Below, piece by piece: positions 58,091-64,000 of a DNA stretch of 64,000 nt. The position numbers and the translations under genes are program-made. Source of the DNA: Nannocystales bacterium (GTDB lineage: Bacteria; Myxococcota_A; Polyangia; Nannocystales; Nannocystaceae); the NCBI GenBank assembly GCA_050633305.1, contig JBOEGF010000010.1, positions 416,001 through 480,000 on the forward strand, written 5' to 3'. Under the pieces are notes generated by a model, which did no database searches, was not told where the DNA came from, and saw nothing but the letters and a program-made list of their open reading frames with translations. Position 1 is the first letter of the stretch, and every line of letters starts with the position of its first letter.

Positions 58091-60688
58091 TCAAGGTGGG
58101 CCGGGTGTCGCGTCGAGGAGGCCTTGCATCCGGACCGTCTCGGGGTGCTCGGGACCAAAGGCCGCGCGAGCGACGTCGAGGCACGCCGAGTACTGCTCTT
58201 GGGTTTGCTCGAACTCGCCGCGATCGTGATGGATCTTCGCCAGTTCGAGACGGACTAGAATCACGTGCGGATGCTTGGGGCCGATCTGGTCCTGGACGAC
58301 GCCGAGCGCGGTTGTTGCGTTCGCGAGGGCCTCGTCGGTACGCGCGAGCATGCGTAGCGCCATCGCGTACGTGGTGAAGATCGCGGCGCGAAGGCGAGGC
58401 TCGAGGGTCTCGTCGTGCTTCGCGATGTCCAACGCTCGAAGGATCACCCGTTCGGCGTCTTGTGCCTGGCCCGCCTCCACAAACGCGGACGCAAGCCCCT
58501 GGAGCGGGGTGTTGAGGAACGGATGGGTTGGGCCGTACGTGGCCTCGTACTCCTGTAGACACTGCTCGAACATCGCGATGCACCGCTCGTGCTCGCCGCG
58601 CCCCAACAACATGGAGGCGACGCTGAGGCGGGCCATTGAAGTCTGGATGTGGGCCGCGCCCAAGGTGTCTTCGGCGAGCGCGAGCGTCTCTTCGAACTGA
58701 GCGACAGCGCGCTCTTCCTGCCCCATCTCTGCATACAACACGCCGATGTTGCCCATCGGGGGGATCAAGCTGGGGTGGTGCTCGCCCAGTTTCTGCTCCA
58801 TCGCTGCGAGAGCGGACTGTTGGGCCTGGAGGGCGGCCGCGGTGTCGCCTTGCTGGTAGCGAATGCCCGCGAGGACGGTACCCATTTGTGCGCGTTCGGG
58901 GTGATCGGCAGGCAGTGATTCTTCGGCGACCTTCAGTGCGGCGAGGGCTTCGTCGAAGTTTCCCAAGGAGTAGTGCGCCGCAGCGGTCCGCAGCGCGACC
59001 CAGCCACGGCTGAGCGCCGATGCGTCCGCGCGTTGGAGGGCAACACGGGCGTTGCGGATCCATCGCCGCGCCGCGTCTGGGTCGGCGAACTCCGAGGCCT
59101 GAAGCGCCGCGAGTTCGGCCGCGGCCTGGCCCGATATCGGGTCGCGCTCGGCGAGCAGAGCGAGGAGGTAGGCCTTTTCAAACTCCTGGGCTGCACTCGA
59201 GAAGTGGCCCGAGCCCTTGTGTGCCCTCGCAAGCGCGAACGCGTGGCTTGCGAGGCGCTGCGCGTACCGTCGCGTCTCGAGCGGGGTGGACATGGAAAGT
59301 AGGAGCTCACGCGCATCGTCGTACCGACCCGCGGACAGCATGGCCTGGGCACGCTCGAGCGATGCATCAAAGGGCGCCAACTCCAACGGGGGAGGTCCAG
59401 CCTCGGCGACCGTGCACGCGGACGGATCCGGGATGCCTCTCAGCGCGTCGGCCACATGCGCGATGTCGTCTGCTTCAACCTCGGAGAGCCACGAGACGAA
59501 CTCGTCCAAGCCCGCGCGCTGGGCAGCCGTGCACGCGAGGACGGCGGAGTCCTGTGTTGCGCAGGCGTGTGTGTGGGTCTCGACCCAAAGTCGGGAGGTC
59601 TCCGAGAGCGTTTGGTCGAGCTTGAGGAAGGTGCGTCCTGCGTAGGGGAGTTCGGCGTCGTTGAACCGGCCCTCGACCGCGCTCCGCTGTTGCTGACTCC
59701 AAGGCTCCGCGCCTGCTGCTGATGGCTCGCACGGACTGCGTGGAGCGGGGTAGAGAAGGCCCAAACCCACAGCTGCGCTCGAGAGGGTACCGGCGGCCCA
59801 AGGCACCAAAGCTCGCAGCGGAGACCGAAGGGCCCGGCGGAACTCGTCGCGCCACCCGGGGACGTCGGAGATCCGTTTGGCCGGGTCGGCAGCGAGCCCG
59901 CGGCGAAGGAAGCGTTGCAAACGGGGGGGGATGGATGGACGCGGCGGCAAGTCCAGGTCGCCTCCTGATGTTGCGGCGTCCATCGAAGGAGGGCGACCGA
60001 ATAGGACCGCGTGGACGATCGCGGTCAAGGAGAAGACATCGGCACGGGCGTCGCTGACCCGGCCCGCGACCTGTTCGGGCGCCGCGAATCCCCACGTGCC
60101 TCCACGGGCGGGCTCGTTGCCGTGAAGGAGCCTTGCGAGCCCAAAATCGGCGATCTGCGCGACGCCAGCTTCGGTGATCAAGACGTTGGATGGTTTGATG
60201 TCGTGGTGGACGACACCACGAGCGTGCGCAGCTTCGAGACCGTCGGCGACCTGCTCGAGCTTGGGCCCTAGTTCTTGGAGCGATGCGCCACGTTCAAGCA
60301 GATCCGAGAGCGTCCGGCCTCCGACGTACTCCATGACGATGAACAGCTCGTCCCCCTCACGGCCGACGTCCAACACCTGGACGATGTTCGGGTGCGAGAG
60401 CCTTGCGAGAGCCTGAGCTTCCTTGACGACCTGACCAGATTGGGCGTTCTTCGGGTGCAGAACCTTGATCGCGACCTGCCGCTGCAGGGTGGGGTCCCAC
60501 GCGCGATATACGACCCCCATGCCTCCGTGGCCGATTCGCTCCAGGCGCTCGAATCGACTCACGCTGACACCTTCACCCCGCGCGAAGAGGCGCTGTCGCA
60601 GCTCGGAGAGGACCCTCCGGGACTCGACATCCCGTCGCGGTTCAAACTCGGTCATGAACCGAGAAAGCCGGTCGTCAGTTGGAGCCAT
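58091..60688 (-). CDS. Ser/Thr protein kinase with TM and C-terminal TPR repeats
   Basis: GHGGMGVVY, HHDIKPSN, DFGLAR; TM; LGxxHP-type TPR repeats. Confidence 0.9.
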   Translation of the reverse strand: MAPTDDRLSRFMTEFEPRRDVESRRVLSELRQRLFARGEGVSVSRFERLERIGHGGMGVVYRAWDPTLQRQVAIKVLHPKNAQSGQVVKEAQALARLSHPNIVQVLDVGREGDELFIVMEYVGGRTLSDLLERGASLQELGPKLEQVADGLEAAHARGVVHHDIKPSNVLITEAGVAQIADFGLARLLHGNEPARGGTWGFAAPEQVAGRVSDARADVFSLTAIVHAVLFGRPPSMDAATSGGDLDLPPRPSIPPRLQRFLRRGLAADPAKRISDVPGWRDEFRRALRSPLRALVPWAAGTLSSAAVGLGLLYPAPRSPCEPSAAGAEPWSQQQRSAVEGRFNDAELPYAGRTFLKLDQTLSETSRLWVETHTHACATQDSAVLACTAAQRAGLDEFVSWLSEVEADDIAHVADALRGIPDPSACTVAEAGPPPLELAPFDASLERAQAMLSAGRYDDARELLLSMSTPLETRRYAQRLASHAFALARAHKGSGHFSSAAQEFEKAYLLALLAERDPISGQAAAELAALQASEFADPDAARRWIRNARVALQRADASALSRGWVALRTAAAHYSLGNFDEALAALKVAEESLPADHPERAQMGTVLAGIRYQQGDTAAALQAQQSALAAMEQKLGEHHPSLIPPMGNIGVLYAEMGQEERAVAQFEETLALAEDTLGAAHIQTSMARLSVASMLLGRGEHERCIAMFEQCLQEYEATYGPTHPFLNTPLQGLASAFVEAGQAQDAERVILRALDIAKHDETLEPRLRAAIFTTYAMALRMLARTDEALANATTALGVVQDQIGPKHPHVILVRLELAKIHHDRGEFEQTQEQYSACLDVARAAFGPEHPETVRMQGLLDATPGPP

Positions 60689-60696
60689 TGTCCACG

Positions 60697-60725
60697 TAGA
60701 CGCATCTTGACCCGAAACTGATCCC
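60697..60725 (-). promoter_or_regulatory. ECF promoter GGGATCA-N16-CGTCTA for the kinase-sigma operon
   Basis: Mirror copy at 60740-60768; -10 box ends 8 nt before ATG 60688. Confidence 0.7.
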
Positions 60726-60739
60726 GAAATGCGGAAAAG

Positions 60740-60768
60740 GGGATCAGTCGAGGAAGCTGCCGCGTCTA
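60740..60768 (+). promoter_or_regulatory. ECF promoter GGGATCA-N16-CGTCTA for the lipoprotein
   Basis: Mirror copy at 60697-60725; -10 box ends 9 nt before ATG 60778. Confidence 0.7.
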
Positions 60769-60777
60769 GCCCCCTCG

Positions 60778-62268
60778 ATGACCCGCGTTTCGACTTCCTT
60801 GGCATTGGCTTTGTGTGCAGCGCTTCCGCTCGGTTGCGACGATTCGTCTCCGTCCGGCGAGGGAACGGATACAGAGGCGGGCTCGGAAGGGGGTGATACC
60901 GGGGGCACGCCGCAGACCACGGCAGGGAGCAAGGGTGGAGCCTCGACAAGTGAAGGAAGCACAACTTCGGCGACGTCCGCACCGGAAACCGATGGCGATG
61001 ATGCCGGAGCTGGCGAGGACACACAGACGGGTACGGACGCGGATACGGATGCTCCCGCACCCGAGTGCGACGCAGAGGATCCGGCCGTGACCTGCTACGA
61101 CGGTGACCCCGATACGCTCAACGTTGGGTCGTGTCAGGCCGGGACCCAAGCCTGCGAGGACGAGGTGTGGAGCGAATGCAATGAGCAAGTCCTTCCCGAG
61201 CGAGAGTCGTGCAACGGTGAAGATGACGACTGCGACGGCGAAACCGATGAAGGGTGCGAGTGCGTGCCGGACCAGACGGAGTCCTGCTACGAAGGTCCGG
61301 ACGACACCGAGGGCGTGGGGCAGTGCAGCGCCGGTGCCCTCGCGTGCGAAGATGGGACCTGGAGCGAGTGTTCGGGGCAGGTGGTACCCGACGTCGAGAC
61401 CTGCAACGGGTCGGACGACGACTGCGATGGTGACGTGGATGAAGGGTGCGACTGCTTGCCCGGCGAGACCCAGAGCTGCTACCCGGGGCCGGCGGGGACA
61501 CTGAATGTGGGGGCTTGCGGTGGTGGCGAGCAAACCTGCAACGGCTCAGGGGCGTGGGGACCGTGCCTGGGGTCGGTGGTTCCCGAGCCTGAGTCGTGCA
61601 ACGGATCGGACGACGACTGCGATGGTGTCGCCGATGAACTCGATGAGGCGGCGACGTGCGACACCGGGCAAGACGGGTTGTGCGGAGCGGGCGTGCAAGC
61701 GTGTTCGGGTGGTGGCCTGGTCTGCGAAGCTGTCGTGACTCCGGAGGTCGAAACCTGCGACGGGGAGGACAACGACTGCGACGGCGCGACTGATGAGGAC
61801 TTGGTCGACGACCCGATCCTGCTCGAGGGGGAACTCTCGGGCGACTGGTCCGGCAGCGTTCTCGTGGGAAGCTACCCTGGGCAGTCGTCGGGGTTCGTAC
61901 CGGCTCGTCTGGATAGCTTTGACGACGTGGATTGGTTCTCCGTGTTCGCGGAGGAGCAAGTGATCGACCTCTTTGGCGACACACCGGTTACGGGAACCGT
62001 GTCGATTCAGTCTCCGGGCGCCGGTTTTTCGTACCGGGTCTGCGCGTGCTGGTCGACGGCCACCACGCTGTGTGGAAAAAACGCTTCGGGGGGCGCGGCG
62101 AGCTGCGCGACGGCAAACAACGGCGCGTCGGCCCAGGTCAGCGTGGACATGTCGATGATCCAAGGCACCACGGACGTGGGCTACCTCGATGTACAGGTGT
62201 TCGCGACGGCCGGGAGCGAGACCGGGTGCGAGGTCTACGACGTGCAGTGGTCGGTGAACGAGAGCTGA
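60778..62268 (+). CDS. Lipoprotein with stalk and four C(N/D)GxD(D/N)DCDG (MopE-like putative metal-binding) repeats
   Basis: Lipobox LPLGC; repeated CxGxDxDCDGxxDE; C-terminal beta domain. Confidence 0.8.
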   Translation: MTRVSTSLALALCAALPLGCDDSSPSGEGTDTEAGSEGGDTGGTPQTTAGSKGGASTSEGSTTSATSAPETDGDDAGAGEDTQTGTDADTDAPAPECDAEDPAVTCYDGDPDTLNVGSCQAGTQACEDEVWSECNEQVLPERESCNGEDDDCDGETDEGCECVPDQTESCYEGPDDTEGVGQCSAGALACEDGTWSECSGQVVPDVETCNGSDDDCDGDVDEGCDCLPGETQSCYPGPAGTLNVGACGGGEQTCNGSGAWGPCLGSVVPEPESCNGSDDDCDGVADELDEAATCDTGQDGLCGAGVQACSGGGLVCEAVVTPEVETCDGEDNDCDGATDEDLVDDPILLEGELSGDWSGSVLVGSYPGQSSGFVPARLDSFDDVDWFSVFAEEQVIDLFGDTPVTGTVSIQSPGAGFSYRVCACWSTATTLCGKNASGGAASCATANNGASAQVSVDMSMIQGTTDVGYLDVQVFATAGSETGCEVYDVQWSVNES

Positions 62269-62272
62269 CAAC

Positions 62273-62512
62273 TCAGATCGCCAGCGCGACCCGCAAGCGA
62301 GACGTGTCGAGAGCCGCCCCATCCAGGGTGGTTGCGGCGGTTCGCGCTTCCTCCGGATCGCCGAAGGTGACGTAGCCAAAGCCGCGGTGCGGCCCGTCTC
62401 CATCGCCGCCGACGACTCGGACCGACTCTACACTCGCGTATTGCTCGAACAAGCCGCGAAGCGAGTCGGCATCTGCGCTCATGGGTAGTCCGCCGACGTA
62501 CAGGGTGCTCAT
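62273..62512 (-). CDS. Minimal RRM RNA-binding protein
   Basis: TLYVGGL, RGFGYVTF; GGAGAGG RBS upstream. Confidence 0.85.
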   Translation of the reverse strand: MSTLYVGGLPMSADADSLRGLFEQYASVESVRVVGGDGDGPHRGFGYVTFGDPEEARTAATTLDGAALDTSRLRVALAI

Positions 62513-62823
62513 CTGCACATCCTCTCCGACACTCTATCCCCCGGAGATCGGGGGCGCCAGGGGTTTTGTACCCGCGCGCAGCCCGCTCTCGGAGACCTCC
62601 TGCGGGAGCGGGTTCGAGACTCGCTTGGACTGCTAGGGACAGGGTGCCGCGTCGCACGCGTGGCATATGCACCGGGCCTAGACGTTGAACGGACGGGCGC
62701 CATCCGGCGAGACAACTGCGGTGGTCCTGCGAAGTCCGTGGGCTGGCATTCATCGCGGGCCGCGGAGTTGTCGTCGGTGCAGTTGAACCCCGCGAACGGA
62801 AGCGGGGGTCTCGGACCGCCCGG

Positions 62824-63450
62824 CTACGCGTTGGTCTGCGCGGCTTTGCGAGCCTTGGCGTCGGCCATCAAGCTCTTGATGTTGCTGATGTGCCGGAACC
62901 AGATCAGGGCACACGACGCCACGGCGGTGGCGACGTAGGCGGTTGGTTTGTCGGCGATCAACATGCACAGACAAATCGAGCTGACGGCGGTCAACGAACC
63001 CACTGCGCTGGTCCGGGTGAGAACCAGACCCTGCACGTACATGAACATTGCAGCGAACGCGACGGGTGGGTCGAGGGCCAGGAAAATACCGAGCCCACAC
63101 GCAACACCCTTGCCGCCGCGGAACCGGAGGTAGACCGGGAAGATGTGGCCGACCACGGCCATGAGTGCGACGCCCGCCAGGGGCCAGCTGGGATCGTCGA
63201 GCTGTCCGAGGGCCCACGACGATGAGGCGAGCCAGACGGGGGCGGCCGCTTTGAGCACGTCGAGCGCGAACACGACGAGCCCGAGCTTGGTGCCCAGCGC
63301 TCGTGCGGCGTTGGTCGCCCCGATGTTTCCCGAGCCGATCTTTCGCAGGTCGATGCCCTTCGCCCGCGCGAGCACGACCCCAACCGGGATCGCGCCCATG
63401 AGGTAGGCGACAACCCACCACGCGGGTGCGCTTTGAAGGAGGTCCGGCAC
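62824..63450 (-). CDS. plsY: Glycerol-3-phosphate acyltransferase
   Basis: GSGNIGATN, DVLK, GHIFPVYLRFRGGKGVA, RHISNI. Confidence 0.95.
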   Translation of the reverse strand: MPDLLQSAPAWWVVAYLMGAIPVGVVLARAKGIDLRKIGSGNIGATNAARALGTKLGLVVFALDVLKAAAPVWLASSSWALGQLDDPSWPLAGVALMAVVGHIFPVYLRFRGGKGVACGLGIFLALDPPVAFAAMFMYVQGLVLTRTSAVGSLTAVSSICLCMLIADKPTAYVATAVASCALIWFRHISNIKSLMADAKARKAAQTNA

Positions 63451-63470
63451 GAGTCCGGTGAGGATAGGCG

Positions 63471-64000
63471 CTAACCGGTCACATCACCGCGGGCTGGCTC
63501 ACTGGGGCGGGCGATCTCCCCGAGCGCGTGGCGGAGGCGGAGGTCCTGCTCCCGCACGGCGATGTGGGCTTCGATGGAGCGAAGTTCGGCTTCGACCCGC
63601 AAGGACTCGGCTTCGAGCATGTCGACCACGCCGACCGCTCCCACCCGATAACGGGCTGAAACCTGCTCGTACGCCGCTTCTGCGCTCTTTAGACCGACCT
63701 GACTCAGCCCGACCGAGCGACGCGCGGCCTGGAGTTGATGGACTGCTTGCACCACTTGGAGCCGGACGCCGCGCTGGAGCTGGGCGAGCTGAGCGGCGAC
63801 GGCCCGTCGCTGCGCTCGTTGCGTGCGAATCTTGGACCGGGTCGCGATCGCGCCCCGAACATCGTAGCTGAGGCGGGCTCCCGCGGCCCACGTGGTGTCG
63901 AACTGGTCGCGCTGCGGCACGACGCGCTGGTTGGGGTTGGCGGTATCGAGCTGAACAACGAGGTCGAGACGGGGGGCGTAGCGGGTTCGCGAGACCTTGA
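63471..64000 (-). CDS. TolC-family outer-membrane efflux protein (C-terminal part)
   Basis: WAAGARLSY...AEAAYEQVSARYRVG...DMLEAE helical barrel pattern; truncated by the window edge. Confidence 0.75.
   Translation of the reverse strand, partial: KVSRTRYAPRLDLVVQLDTANPNQRVVPQRDQFDTTWAAGARLSYDVRGAIATRSKIRTQRAQRRAVAAQLAQLQRGVRLQVVQAVHQLQAARRSVGLSQVGLKSAEAAYEQVSARYRVGAVGVVDMLEAESLRVEAELRSIEAHIAVREQDLRLRHALGEIARPSEPARGDVTG

Noticed and set aside
61060..61800. Repeats that might be CRISPR-like (also 18118-18558 and 16890-16950)
   Set aside because: Degenerate in-frame coding repeats without unique spacers; no cas genes

Overview
GC-rich bacterial DNA that looks myxobacterial (Myxococcota, probably Nannocystaceae-like). 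This is inferred from the many Ser/Thr/Gly-stalked and Cys-rich lipoproteins, four Hanks-type kinases, ECF sigma modules, a DUF1592/DUF1552-type pair and three RRM proteins. A housekeeping backbone (rplY-pth-hppA ... rpsF-rpsR-rplI ... dnaB ... ileS ... hisS ... plsY) is interleaved with accessory signalling and surface-protein genes. I saw no tRNA, rRNA, CRISPR array or mobile element. The most interesting signals are regulatory and can be read directly from the DNA. (1) Two back-to-back GGGATCA-N16-CGTCTA promoters join a kinase/TPR-ECF sigma operon to a divergent Cys/Asp-repeat lipoprotein. (2) A second ECF-type motif, GTGACGG(A/G)-N13-GG(G/C)(A/C)A, occurs four times, before an ECF sigma gene and three stalked lipoproteins up to 29 kb apart. 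(3) A sigma54 promoter with a perfect 12-bp tandem enhancer drives two uncharacterised genes. (4) Four LytTR-type boxes with a period of about 21 bp. (5) TANNNT boxes sit 6-7 nt before many start codons, suggesting leaderless mRNAs. (6) A kinase is translationally coupled to an ALDH-fold pseudoenzyme. (7) There is a highly structured, possibly switching leader upstream of dnaB. (8) A small Cys/Arg-rich peptide is wedged between a LuxR regulator and a cupin. All family assignments come from recognising motifs by eye; no database searches were run.
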